A DNA stretch of 64,000 nucleotides from Azolla caroliniana (lineage: Eukaryota; Plantae; Polypodiophyta): contig JBHGNT010000015.1 in the NCBI GenBank assembly GCA_043228905.1, positions 12,710,001 through 12,774,000 on the forward strand, in the 5' to 3' direction. The translations under genes were made by a program, and so were the position numbers. Under the pieces are notes generated by a model. The model saw only the letters and a program-made list of their open reading frames with translations, was not told where the DNA came from and did no database searches. Shown here in pieces: positions 1 through 12,926 of the stretch (within the stretch, counting starts at the first letter, position 1; each line of letters starts with the position of its first letter).

Positions 1-40
1 CAAAATCGGTAGTGGGAATAAGTATAATAATCTATACCCA

Positions 41-3000
41 TTGATGGCAATCAACCTTGAAGGGGCCGTGAACGTAGCCGAGAAAACAGACCCGAACTTA
101 TGGCATGGCCGACTCGGCCATATGTCACAAGCCGGACTTGATCGACTGATGTCGGTCGGCTACATCTTGAAACTCCAGGCAAAGAAGGACTTCTGCGAGC
201 ATTGTCGATATGGGAAACAAACCCAAAGTCTGCACTCTCTCAACTACGAGATAGTACAACAACCCCTAGAGCTCGTGCACACAGACATATTTGGGCCCAT
301 GCTAGAGCGATAACTAGGAGGCTCCCAGTACTTCATCACATTCGTAGATGACTGTACACGGAAAGTTTGGGCATACTCTATCAATTCCAAAGATGAAGCG
401 CTTGAGGTCTTCACTTGATGGATATTTGAAGTGGCGAACCGGTCGGGACACAGAGTGAAGACACTCCGATACGACAACGGAGGTGAGTACACCTCCAGAG
501 CCTTCAAACAGTACCTGTCCGAAAAGGGGATCCGGAATCAAAAGACCGTTCCTTACACACCCATGCAGAATGGGGTGGCTGAATGGATCAACCGAATGAT
601 CCAGGAGAGGGTGACAACAATGCTCTAGCAAGCCGGACTGAAGCTGGAATTCTGGGCAGAGGCATTGCAGACGACAGTGTACCTGATAAATCTAGCGCCT
701 TCAAGAGCAATCAGGCTCGATGTGCCATAGGCACTATGGTCAGGCTAACAACCGACCTACAATAGGCTCCGTATATTCGGATGCTAAGTGTACGTGTTCA
801 TCCCTAGGGACAAAAGGGGACGAAGTTGGCACCCAATGCAACAAAGTGCATATTTCTCGGTTATGGAACCGATGGGGACTTCGGCTACCAACTATGGGAC
901 CCTGAAACTAGAAATTGGTCCGGAGCAGCAACGTAGTCTTCAATGAAGACTCCATCTTCTCTCAACGGAACCAGCAGAAAATAGTGGGCAAGAAGGTATC
1001 CTTCGAAGATGACAACGTCATCGTAGAAAGATCGACCCACCGGGCCGAATCAGAGAGTCAACAAACAATTGAACTCCAACCAGTCGAGACCGAATCGGCA
1101 ATAAGTTCCAATGTCAAACTCAAAGACAAAGCCGAATCGACAAGAGTCGACAAAGGCAGAGTCACTAAGAGGCAAGTTAGAACTGAGTCAACGACAACCA
1201 CAAGGGAGAACAACCAGACACCGCCGAAATCCCAAACCGGGGGCGGAATACCGAACAAGACTCCTGACTCAACTGGTTCAACAAATGCTGATCGTAAAAA
1301 AGAACCGATTGAAGAATCCGAACCAGATATTACGGCACCCAGGAGATCGAGCTCGAAGGAAAACAGAGTTTTATCAACCGGGCCTCGACTACGTCAACTA
1401 CACGGATGCAAGCGAACCAAGCACGTATGATGAAGCTATGGCCGCACTGGACGCCAAAACATGGCTACAAGCCATGAAATCCGAAATGGACTCAATTCAT
1501 CAGAATCAGACATGGGAGCTAGTCGAACTAGCAGTAGGAAGAAAGCTGCTACCTTGCAAATGGGTGTTCCGATACAAGTATGTATCTGATTCAGAGAAAC
1601 CCAAGTACAAAGCTCGGCTTGTCACGAAAGGATTCAAACAGGAATACGGGGTCGACTACGACGAGATATTCTCATCAGTAGTCAAGATGACCACCCTTTG
1701 ACTCCTACTAGGAGTCGTAGTGACAGAAGACCTAGAGCTCGTGCAGATGGACGTAAAGACGACATTCCTACACGGAGATTTGGAAGAAGACATATACATG
1801 TCTCAATCGGCAGGCTTCACGACGACGGGGGAGGACAGTCACCTCGTATGACAACTAAAGAAAAGTCTATATGGCCTCAAACAAGCACTGAGAATGTGGT
1901 ACCATAAGTTCGAGTCCCACGTAAAGACGACATTCCTACACGGAGATCTGGAAGAAGGCATATACATGTCTCAACCGGCAGGCTTCACGACGACGGGGGA
2001 GGACAGTCACCTCGTATGTCGACGAAAGAAAAGTCTATACGGCCTCAAACAAGCACCGAGAATGTGGTACCATAAGTTCGAGTCCCACATAAGGCAGCTT
2101 GGATACAACAGATTAGACTCCGATCCATGCATGTATGTTCGGCAACTGGCCGACGAGTCCAGGATCTATCTGATCCTTTATGTCGACGACATGCTGATTG
2201 CAGGGAGCAATCAAGCAGAGATCGGAAAGCTCAAGCGGAGCCTTCACGCAAAGTTTGCGATGAAGGAACTAGGACAAGCCCAACACATATTGGGCATGAG
2301 GATAGAGCAAAATCGGACGACCATGACTCTCCGACTCTCCCAGTCCGACTACATCCGCAAGGTGCTAAAGCGCTTCAACATGGAGAACGCGAAGCCAACA
2401 CCGACACCGCTTCCGACGTCGATTAGACTATCGGATAGAGACTCTCCTATAACGGACAAGGAGAGAGAGCTTAATGGAAAGATACCCTACGCATCGGCAA
2501 TAGGAAGTATCATGTACGCAATGGTGGCGACCCGACCCGACCTAGCTTATGCCGTGGGGGTGGTCAGTCGGTACATGTCAAACCCAGGAAAGAAGCATTG
2601 GGAGGCCGTCAAGGACATCCTTAGGTATCTGAAAGGAACCACGGATGCACATCTGACATTTGGTACGACAACATCAACAGAAGTTGAAGGCTACACCGAT
2701 TTTGACTATGCTGGAAACACAGATAATCGGAAATTGACATCAGGCTACATATTCACCTATGGTGGCGGTGCAATATCATGGAGGTCGAAACTTCAGGAGT
2801 GCACGACTCTGTCTACCACAGAAGCCGAGTACATAGTAGCATCGGAAGCAGCGAAGGAAGCGATCTGGCTGCACTGACTGTTTGCCAATTTCGGAACTGC
2901 AAACCGAATAGACCGACCAACGCCGACCATCTATTGTGACTCATAGAGCGCAATACACCTCATCAACGATCCCGTATACCATGCGAAGAAGAAGCACATT

Positions 3001-3160
3001 GAGGTGCGGTATCATTATATTTGGGAGCTTGTGACTGAGAAAACTCGAAGTCTGGAAGATTGACACCGAGGCGAACATCGCTGATTGCCTGACGAAGCCA
3101 CTCCCAAATCAACACTTTGGAACGCTAAGGACGAAGATGGGGTTACGACAAGCGACCGAG
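41..3160 (+). pseudogene. copia pol (integrase-RT-RNase H) with stops, frameshifts and a 168-bp internal duplication
   Basis: ORF fragments 41-313, 431-628, 1111-1701 and 1894-2877 carry copia motifs, broken by in-frame stops. Confidence 0.9.
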
Positions 3161-3349
3161 TAGAAGAAAGCCGAACGAGGAGCAGAAGGTAAGAGCTGAC
3201 TGACACTCATACTATACCTCTGCTGACTCAACTACTTGCCGACAGACTTGTAACATAAGATCTAGTTAAATTTGTAATCTAGGTTTACGGGGGAGATAAC
3301 CCCAAGCACTTGTACATGCAAGGAAGAGTAGCCCTTTTACGGGGGAGTT

Positions 3350-3654
3350 TGTTGGCATAAAAGGCCGACTCCTTCCAAGTTGTATCCGTCCGAGTGTGAA
3401 CTCATTAATAAGTTAGGGCTTAGTATATAAGCGAATACCTAACATTGTAATGAGTGACGAGGAAGAAGACGATTGTAATCTTTGAGAGAGAAAAACGCAT
3501 TGTGCAGAAATAAGAAGCTTTCCATTAAAGCTCGTATCTGTGTAAGTCTATATCTGCCTTCTCTATCTTCTGTGTGTTTGTTGTTTGTTGTTTGTTGTTC
3601 ATAGCCATAAGATCCGAACACACACTTCCGCATAACTGTTGACATTAACCAACA
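3350..3654 (+). repeat. 3' LTR of the copia element
   Basis: Starts TGTTGG right after the PPT and ends CCAACA (6-bp inverted termini). TATATAA at ~3425. Transposase coding sequence resumes at 3655. Confidence 0.85.
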
Positions 3655-5210
3655 AAGACATCAATGATGAGTGCCTTGTTCAAATGCACTTGGTGGGATG
3701 CTTAGCTTATAATAGGTTTGTTGGACCTCACGTTTTCATTACATACCCCAATGTTCACAATGACCCTAACCTAATAGTTACAGTGATTCACCGAGTTTTG
3801 ATGTCTTGGAGCCAACCGTTCCCCCCTGTTCTATACATTCAATTGGACAATATTGCTAGTGAGAACAAAAATTCAACTATGTTTGGCAATCTAAGTATGT
3901 TGGTCAACCAAGAATTGTTTAGAAAAGTGAAAGTCAATTTTCTTTTGGTTGGCCACACACATGATCATATAGATCAGATGTTTAGCACATTCTCCAAACA
4001 GTTGTCTCGGCATGATGCTTTCACATTACCAAAACTATTTGATGTCATTTGTGATGCATATACACCACACCCAAAAGTGTTACACTTGAAGGAGGTATAT
4101 GGCTTTAAGAGATATATATCAGATGGGGGTGTTGGGAATGTTAAAGTGCGCGCCTAGTTAAACAATATAAGCTTCAATCACATTTTTATGATAAAGGAAA
4201 ATGAAATAAGTGGTTCTACGCTTTTGTATGCTAAACAATATTCATCTTCTACAACATGGGAACCTGAAGGTGGTTGCCAATTATTACTTTGTATGCTGAG
4301 TACAAATGTCCATGGAGCTAAACAAATACCAATTGAGCAGAAAGGACAGTTGCATAGTGACTTGGTATCGGAAAAAAAACAATTATGGCTGCAAGCCTTA
4401 GAAGAAAAAAGAAAGCATATTGAGGCCGCAAAGAAATATGCCGCACAACAAGACACGTCATGGTGGGATGTAGTTTTTAGTGATAAAAAAGGAATTATAG
4501 ACAATTGTGTATTTGGTGATAATTGGAATTTGGAAATGCCATTCACATGGTCGCTACAACATGATCGTGTAAATAAAACTCCGGAGCAACCAACAAATGC
4601 GATTAATGACAGTTTGGTCTATCCACAATAAAGAGACATTTATGTGGGACCAAGGATGACCAAAGCAGTTGAAGCTAGATGGCAAGGCAATTTGCAAGAG
4701 CTCGCGGTGGGGATGTTGATTGCAACACCTACTGATGAGAACTCAAATGGCCACCAATTTTGGGTTGGTAAAATTCTAGAAGTGCTAATGCATGAAATAT
4801 AAAACACGATCAAGACTATAAACGTTCATTGGTACAACACTAGAAGTGCAAATGCTTTTACGGGTAAGTATACATTGGAGATGATTGAATGCCCAACGAC
4901 AAGGGGAGGTAGGAAGAGGAAGTGAAACATTCGTAACACCTTGACCCTTGATATCTCTGATGTGGATATCATTGAGTACTACTTCACGCTTACAAAAGCG
5001 GGACGATTAAGGAAGTCAACAATAGATATAATAAAAGAAAAATTACCAGGTCTACAAGGTGGCTCAAGTCGAAGGCAAACGAGGTCTGCTACGTATAATC
5101 TAGAGTCAAACCATTTGGTTTATGACGAAGATAATGCATTGATTGGTACATCTGAGGATGACGAGGAGGAATTGCCATTGTATATTAGTTATAGTAGTGA
5201 TTCTCCATAA
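3655..5210 (+). pseudogene. Sola1/DUF7869-type DDD transposase, C-terminal part, interrupted by the copia element
   Basis: LYIQLDN..SENKN...FLLVGHTHDHIDQMFS motif. ORFs 3639-4157, 4188-4631 and 4941-5210 lie in one frame, separated only by point stops. Confidence 0.7.
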
Positions 5211-5575
5211 AGGAGTGATCATGAATGTATTTATGGCTATTAAGTGTAACTACATTTCGCTTGTAACAAATCGAGTAATATAAAAGCATGTGTTTTGAAT
5301 TCTTATGATTTCTAAAAAATCGTTTCTTATAAAATAACATTGGTTGTAAAGTTTGTGATATAAATTGAGAATGTAACTTTTTGAAATTCCTCTTTATTTA
5401 TTTATTTCTAAATCACAAAAATAGTGGATTTTTAACCTTTTTCATAGTATATTTGAACATGTATGATACTGGTATCAATGTGTTTGGTAAAATCATTGAA
5501 AAAGTACTAAAATCAATCAAAATATTCCTTATCCTTCCATTAATGCGCAATCCTTCCACTTGTGAACGTGATCGT

Positions 5576-5775
5576 GTTCAACAAAATCCAAAAATCTTTG
5601 AGTTTTAGCTTCAATTATATTTCTCACCTCTTCAAACCCCAGATGAAACAAACGATTAAATTGAGATTGCAATTTCTCCTTTGATTGTGAACATAATAGT
5701 CAAGCATTTCCCACCTCTTTAACCCCGAGATGAAACAAAGGAGTAAACTGAGACTACAATTTCTCCTTCGATTGC
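5576..5775. repeat. Satellite unit (same family as 22091-23300), split by the chromovirus insertion
   Basis: GTTCAACAAAATCCAAAAATC...CTCACCTCTTCAAACCCC matches the units at 22091-23300. The unit continues at 21550. Confidence 0.85.
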
Positions 5776-5874
5776 TGTTAGGATTAGTACTAAGACAGAG
5801 AAGGAATTAGTACTAAAAGATGAGGATTAGTACTAAGAGAGGTGTAGAACTCTTGAGAGAAGGAAAGAGTGAGC

Positions 5875-5905
<31 letters not shown>

Positions 5906-6211
5906 GATGAGAGAATGATGATAAAAGATATATATTATGTGAAGAGAGTATTCAATAGTAGCTAGGAGGCTTAAGACTAGCGTTGAACCGATTTGGTTCG
6001 AAATAAGTCCTTGTGCCTCCTCTTATAGTGTTCTCAGGAGTACTCCTGAAGTTTCTAGAATGTTCTAGAGAAATCTGGAATATACATCAATTTTCTATAA
6101 TAAAACATCAATGAAAATAATATTTTACATATTACAATGTATGGTCTAATGGTCAAGAGCTCGACCCATGTAGCATAAGGTCATGGGTTTGAGTCTTGCC
6201 ATATCATGACA
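5776..6211 (-). repeat. 3' LTR of chromovirus A
   Basis: Closely similar to 21102-21549; contains a (GA)n tract. Confidence 0.93.
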
Positions 6212-6214
6212 CTA

Positions 6215-8594
6215 TCCCCCCTTTAAAACGACGAGTGTCACGAGTCGTTTTGGATTGAGGACCCGGTTTGTTTGGATATTGACGATGGAAGTCTTCAAGA
6301 AGAGCATGAGCATTGGCCACATTCTCTATCGGTTCCCAAGTACGCTCACTAGGACTATATCCTAGCCAATCGACTAGATAGTAGAGCTTGTTGCGAAAAA
6401 TCTTGGAATCAAGGATGGCAGCAACCTCGTACTCAGGTTCATCTTCAAGCTCGATCGGGGGTGGAGGCTATGTAATACGTCCTGGGATGGTGCTCTCTTT
6501 ATAGGGTTCGAGGAGAGAACTATGAAACACCGAATGTATCCGAAGTTGCGGAGGTAGATCGAGACGAAAAGCGACATCATTAATCTTTCCTATAATATGG
6601 AAAGGACCTAATCGCCGATAATCCAACTTCTCGCATGGGCGAGTAGTCTTGATGTGTCGTCGTAATAGCCATACCCGATCTCCAATGTTAAAATAGGATG
6701 GAAGTTGATGACGATCCGCATAAACCTTGTGTGTTTGTGGAGCTTGTTGGAGATGAGTAGATAAATCGGCTTGTATCTTGCGTAACCGCTCTAAACTATC
6801 CTCTGCGCAAGGATTTGTGGACAAGTCTGGGGTTTCAAATACACACCACCGGGGGTGAAAACCCGTATAAGCATAAAATGGCGTAACTTTAGTCGATGCG
6901 TGGACAGAGTTATTGTAGGCAAATTCGGCGAAGTGGAGAATATCTGCCCAGTCATCCTGATGATAGCTTAGAAAGCACCGAAGATACTGCTCCAACGTTT
7001 GATTTGTTTGTTCTGTTTGGCCATCGGTTTGTGGGTGGTAGCCGGAGGAGAGGTTACAAGTGACCTTGAGCATTTTCAAAAGGTGCTTCTAGAATTTTGA
7101 TACGAACTAGGGTCCACGGTCGTTGATGATACTATCGGGAAGGCCAAGATGTCGACATACTTCACGCATGACAATTTCATCAGTTTCTTCACTGGATATT
7201 TCTTTAGTACATGGCAAGAAATGAGCCATCTTCATATATCGATCTACGACTGTTAGAATCGCATTGAAACCCTTAGAGATTGGAAGATCTGTGATGAAGT
7301 CTAGAGCAATGGATTGCCATGGCTTGCTTGGAATTGTTAATGGTTCTAATAAACCATATGGATGATGCCTTGGCATTTTTGCTCTGCAGCATGTATCACA
7401 AGTCCGAACAAAATCTTTGACAAATTGTTGCATACGGGGCCACCAAAATTATCGTTGTACTAAATCTAATGTTTTAGTACTAATAAAATGCCCAGTTGTA
7501 TATGTGTCATGACAGTTTTGGACTACTTGAAGGCGGCAAGAACCATTAGGAACATACAACAGTTTATTAAAGAATAGTAATCCATCATGGTATTTGAATT
7601 GTCGATAGTCCGTACCTGGTGGTTGCGACTGTGAACAAGATGCTCGAGAGGGATCAATTTGTGCTAGAATGGCTTGGGCGAAAGCATCGGTCTTCAAGTC
7701 CTCACGTATAGTAGCGATAACGTGGGAATCCATGGGCATGCCAAGGACCTATGTTGCTTGCACTCGTGTCGGTCCCAAGATTACTTGCTTTTGGTTATCA
7801 AAAGCTGGCTCGCCGGGACGCGGTGCTAGGTACGAACGCCGTGATAATGCATCTGCCTTCCCTTGGTGCTTCCCCGGACGATATGTAATTTTCAAGTCGA
7901 AACGGGTGATAATGCATCTGCCTTCCCTTGGTGCTTACCCGCCGAGCTTGACGTCGATTTAACACACGAGCGTCCTGAAAGTAGGCAAGGTATTTGTGGT
8001 CACTGAATACGGTGACTTGATGAGAGGATCCCTCTAGAAAATGCCTCCATTGTGTAAAAGAGTCCACTATTGCCAATAGCTCCTTATCATGAATTTCATA
8101 GTTGATTTCGGCAGCGTCAAACTTGCGTGAGTGAAAAGCCACAAGATGTAGCTTCTCATCATTACCCCGTTGTGACAGAATGCTCCCTAATGCGAAATTC
8201 GATGCGTCTGCTTCGATAATGAATGGTTTTTCCGGATCAACATGAGCTAGAGTTGGAGTCGATGTAAATTCCTTTTTAAGACTCTCGAAAGCCATGTCCG
8301 CTTCTTTAGACCAAACGAACAATTGTCCCTTCCTGGTAAGCTGTGTGAGAGGCAGAACGAGCTTTGAGTAATCCTGTATGAACTTCCGATAAAAATTGGC
8401 AAAGCCTAAAAAGCATTGCACATCTCGCACCGAACGCGGAGTCTGCCACTCTACCACAGTTTTGACCTTAGCTGGGTCCATGGAGATGCCTTCCGAGGAA
8501 ATGACATAGCCCAGAAATTCCACCTGGTTGCACCCAAAACTACAGTTTTCCAGCTTTGTATAAAGACCATGTTCTCAAAGTCATTTTAGTACTA
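6215..8594 (-). pseudogene. chromovirus A pol 3' part (RT end, RNase H, integrase, chromodomain)
   Basis: FLGFANFYRKF, EADAS, HPQTDGQTE, GPF and YLVDWLGY motifs, with stops. Confidence 0.9.
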
Positions 8595-9367
8595 GGGTGA
8601 AAGCATGCGAGTGGAAACAATTAGCTATGTCCTTGACATAGCTAATTAGCTATGCAAAAAGCTACCATTGATAAATAGTCATTTTAGTAAAAAGCCATCA
8701 TTAATAAATTAAGTATGCAAAAAACTACCATTGAAAATACTAGAGTGTTTTAATTACATATGTAAATGAGTGCCATAAATGTGCAACATAAATTGATGTG
8801 TGCACCATAAATGTGTACCATAAATTATATATCGAATTCCTAGGTCCATTATGCATGATCCTTTGCCACATCACGTAGGCCATCTCTAGTTGAGTATTGT
8901 GGGTTAGTTGCTATCACTGTTGCTAAACCCTATCGAGTCCACCTGCCGCCACTCTACACTGAGGGGCCGCTACTGTGCGTTCCAAGCATCATCAAAGAGT
9001 TGCTCAATCTAACGGGGTTCTCTCCTCCATTTCCATCATTCTATACTCAATTGCCGCTACTGTCCAATCCCGGATTGCTTCCACATTTCGATTTGACGGA
9101 GTTCACTCATCCAACGGCAACATTCTACACTTAGTTGTCGCCATTGGTCGGTCTTGGATCGCCTCCTCAACTGTTCGATCCAACGGAGTGAACTCCTCTA
9201 CTGTTCGGTCTTGGATTGCAATAACTTTTCTGTCTATTGATTATCTTGTGTATTGTTGTGTCTAATCTTGTGTATTGTGGAATATTTTTGTGTATTGTTG
9301 TTGCCCATAGCCATCTTAAATACTTGTTTTTTTTCTGGAAATTTAGGGTTTTAACATGTCCAGCCAA

Positions 9368-12300
9368 ATGGAAGGGGAAGAAGGGTGTTTAGAATTACCC
9401 CTCAATGATCATAAGGATAGGGATGATGCTATCAGGACACAACAAGCCATACGAAACTATTGGGCAGAAAAAAAAGGAAACATCGTCAATTGTTGAAGGA
9501 TATGAAAGCCACACTCAGTAAAGGTAAGGATAGTTTAGCTGAGAATGTAAGTAATGCGACTACCATCATAGAGAGAAAGGTTGTAGACTATTTCAATGTT
9601 CAAACCAAGCACATCAGCAATGAAGAAAAGAAGGTAGTACTTTATGGAATATGTAATGATCCATCGATAAAGGACTTAGTTGATTGTGATGGTCTTAATG
9701 CAAACATATCATCTATTTTAGTAAATAATCTTCGTAATAGTTTCGTATCCATGAGCAGGTCAGAAGATGATCTTGTCTTAAAAAGGTCTACTCTAATGAT
9801 GTTACTTAATAGTGATGTTGACGATATAAACATCAGTGAGCTATCTAAGGTAATTGGTGTTAGTAGAAAAACAATGTACAATACAATGAACCGTATAATT
9901 TCCTCGGGTGAAGGAACTAGTCTACTAAAGCTAACTACAAGATGTAAGCCAATGACACCCATAACATTTGAAATCAAGGATGTAATCACAATGTTTTGGA
10001 CTAATGAGAGTAGGGTTTCACCCAATAAAAAGGATTTATGCAGGAAACGTGTTGGAAGAAATCAATACGAGGAGCATCCCATTCATCTTCTTGATGTACC
10101 TCAGGTATTTACATTTATCTCAACATTTGTTTTGACTCTACACGGAAAGTTAATTAGCTCAGTTAGCAGAAAAGCTAATTAGCTTATCAGTTACATTTAC
10201 CTCAGTTAGCTACTAGGATAACTACTACATAGGTAACTGGCTACTCTCAATAGCTACTACCATGATAGCTAATTAGCTATTCTCAATAGCTAATTTAGGT
10301 ACTACCAGATAATTAGCTGTACTGGTAGCTAGTTAGCTATTTCGTTATTACCAGCTAATTAGCTACCATGATAGCTAATTAGCTTACTAGGACAACTAAT
10401 TAGCCACCGTGATAACTAATTAGCTACTAGACCAGCTAATTTGCTACCATGATAGCTAATTAGTTAGGACAGCTAATTAGCCACCATGATAGCTAATTAG
10501 CTACTAGACCAGCTAATTAGCTACCATGATAGCTAATTAGCTACTAGACCAGCTAATTAGCCACCATGATAGCTAATTAGCTACTAGACCAGCTAATTAG
10601 CTACCATGATAGCTAATTAGCTACTAGACCAGCTAATTAGCTACCATGATAGCTAATTAGTTACTAGGAAAGCTAATTAGCCACCATGATAGCTAATTAG
10701 CTACTAGACCAGCTAATTAGCCACCATGATAGCTAATTAGCTACTAGACCAGCTAATTAGCTACCATGATAGCTAATTAGCTACTAGACCAGCTAATTAG
10801 CTACCATGATAGCTAATTAGTTACTAGGAAAGCTAAATAGCCACCATGATAGCTAATTAGCTACTAGGAAAGCTAATTAGCCACCATGATAGCTAATTAG
10901 CTACTAGACCAGCTAATTAGCTACCATGATAGCTAATTAGCTACTAGGACAGCTAATTAGCTACTAGAATAGCTAATAAGCTACTAGAATAGCTAATTAG
11001 CTACTAGAATAGCTAATTCGCTACTAGAATAGCTACTAGGATAGTTAGCTAGTTACGAGAATAACTAATTCCCCTTTATTACGCAGGTCGATTTATTTAT
11101 GGTTCAAACGAATGCATCCAACTATCGAAGTTCAACTACGAACATTCGAGTCTCTTAAGCCACACTTTGTGAGACGCTTAAAGGATCGATACACATGTTG
11201 TTGCATTTACCATGTACAGATGGGTTTTCTGAAGGACTCTATTAATCTACTACGTCACCATAGCGCATCCCTAACTAATACAGTTTGCACATGTGGGTGC
11301 CCAATCTGTCGATCAAGCCCGCAAGAGGAGTGTAAATCATCTGAGCACGTTATCTCTTCCATGAGTTATTTATTAGATTCAATATTGTGTCTGAGAGAAA
11401 CTGATGCTATCTTCCATATTCATAAATGTGTCATGGGTTTATGTCAAGATTGTGGCCCTACTAGATTTAGGTGGTGTCCAAATGAATTGAGTAGTGAAAT
11501 ATTGATCTCTGTGAAGTTCTTTGAGTCAGTGAACACCAATTTCGAAGGAAAGGTGTGTAAAAGAAAGGATCTAGTTCGGAAGATGCTTAAACCAAGGGAT
11601 TTGGTGTCTCTGTTTGTAGTATCTCTAGGAAAGTTCATTAAACACAACTTCATTTATTCATGGCAGGCCCATCAGTTTAAGACTTGCATATCTGATTTCC
11701 CAAATGATGTAGTAGTCTCAGTAGTAGATTTCGCAGAGAATTATACTTTCAAGCAGCAGAATGAAATTCAATCTATGCATTGGTGTTCAGTTCAGGTAAC
11801 CATTTTTGTGCACATAACATATTTTCGAGTTTCAGGTGATGTTAAAAAAGTAATTCATTTCTTTATTTCCGATGATAAGAAGCATGATACCTTGTTCGTC
11901 CAACACTGTTTTAAGTTACATTGGCAGTGGTTATTAGCTCAACGTTTGGAGCTTACTCAACATTGGGTCTGGTCTGACGGAGCTGCTTCACAATTCAAGG
12001 CTCGACGTCCATTTTATTTTGTGGGGAGGTGTCCTGCTATAACAGGTTTGGAGATGAGATGGAATTTTTTTGGGTCTGGCCATGGTAAAGGTGAACATGA
12101 TGGTGCAGGGGCTGTTATAAAGCGGGCACTTACCCATGAACAACTAAAGACAGATGGTGTGCACATGAATTGTGCATCACATGTAGTTGAATTTTTAAGA
12201 ACAAATATGTCAACGAGTGCAACATGTGTTTATTCCTCGCAAGTCCGAGATATCAAACGTGAATTTTGGGAAGTGAAGATAGATGAAGTAAATAGGGAGA

Positions 12301-12926
12301 AGACCTGGGAGTGCCAAGGAATTCCCGAATTGCGATCTCTGCATGCTGTTCGCGGTTATTCCAGGTTGGATGGTCATTGTATTGCGGTTAGAGAATTGAC
12401 TTGTTTTTGCTTCCATTGTGTGTAGGGAAGTTGGAGATATTGTCTAAACAAAGCATACATTCAGAATTGGGAGTATCACACTCTGAATGATAAGGAAGCA
12501 GTTGATGGAGAAACAGGGCAGAATGCTGACTTCACATATGAGGGACTTGGAGATACTTTGAGTGATGTCCTGAACGTTGGGGATAACTTCGCTGTAAATG
12601 CTGAAGAAGGCAATTCAGAGGGTGCTAATTTCTATATATTAAAGTGCACGGTTAGTAAACAGTGTGCAAGGCAGAATATTGTAGATGCATGGGGAAATTT
12701 TGTATCTGCCGGGACATTCTACATCGAAGGCATTTTTTATGCAAAACTAGATGACTACGAATATGTGTACAGGCTGTTAGAAGACAAACCAACGGCGTAC
12801 ATGTACTCTCATTTGGTCAGGTGCATCAACGTCCCAATGTCAGAATACAATAGCTGCTCAGGTTTATACACTGTTGGTGCTAATGTGTATGAATGTATTT
12901 ACAATAGTATGCCATGGAATTTGTAG
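9368..12926 (+). pseudogene. Sola2-type DDD transposase, 2 coding exons (~9368-10104, 11087-12926)
   Basis: DFAENY, SDGAASQFK and GHGKGEHDGAG catalytic motifs plus Cys clusters. GT-AG intron 10105-11086. Lesions: a frameshift in the A-run at ~9470, a frameshift at ~11102, and TAG at 12423 followed by in-frame continuation to 12926. Confidence 0.82.
10150..11070. repeat. Intronic minisatellite of 20-bp units built on the palindrome TAGCTAATTAGCTA
   Basis: Alternating CTACCATGAT-AGCTAATTAG and CTACTAGACC-AGCTAATTAG units, with exact 20-bp phase over 10481-10980. Confidence 0.95.

Larger units (their letters stand above)
1..3654 (+). mobile_element. Ty1/copia LTR retrotransposon, 3' part (5' end outside window), decayed
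   Basis: Domain order is GAG-pre-integrase (LWHGRLGH), integrase (LELVHTD, DNGGEY, QNGVAE), RT (YKARLV, LYVDDM) and RNase H (EAEY). PPT GGGGGAG at 3341-3347, followed by an LTR TGTTGG...CCAACA. Confidence 0.93.

Noticed and set aside
6135-6211. Functional tRNA genes in the LTRs
   Set aside because: The acceptor and anticodon stems do not pair. Only the promoter boxes and spacing are tRNA-like, so they are reported as findings and not as tRNAs.
7842-7937. ~31-bp local duplication in chromovirus A pol
   Set aside because: A copy-specific repair or slippage scar that breaks the frame; no sign of function.
10150-11070. CRISPR-like look of a palindromic repeat with variable spacers (also 14590-16150)
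   Set aside because: The spacers are mostly only ~6 nt and are themselves repeated, there are no cas genes, and the context is a eukaryotic intron. It is a minisatellite.
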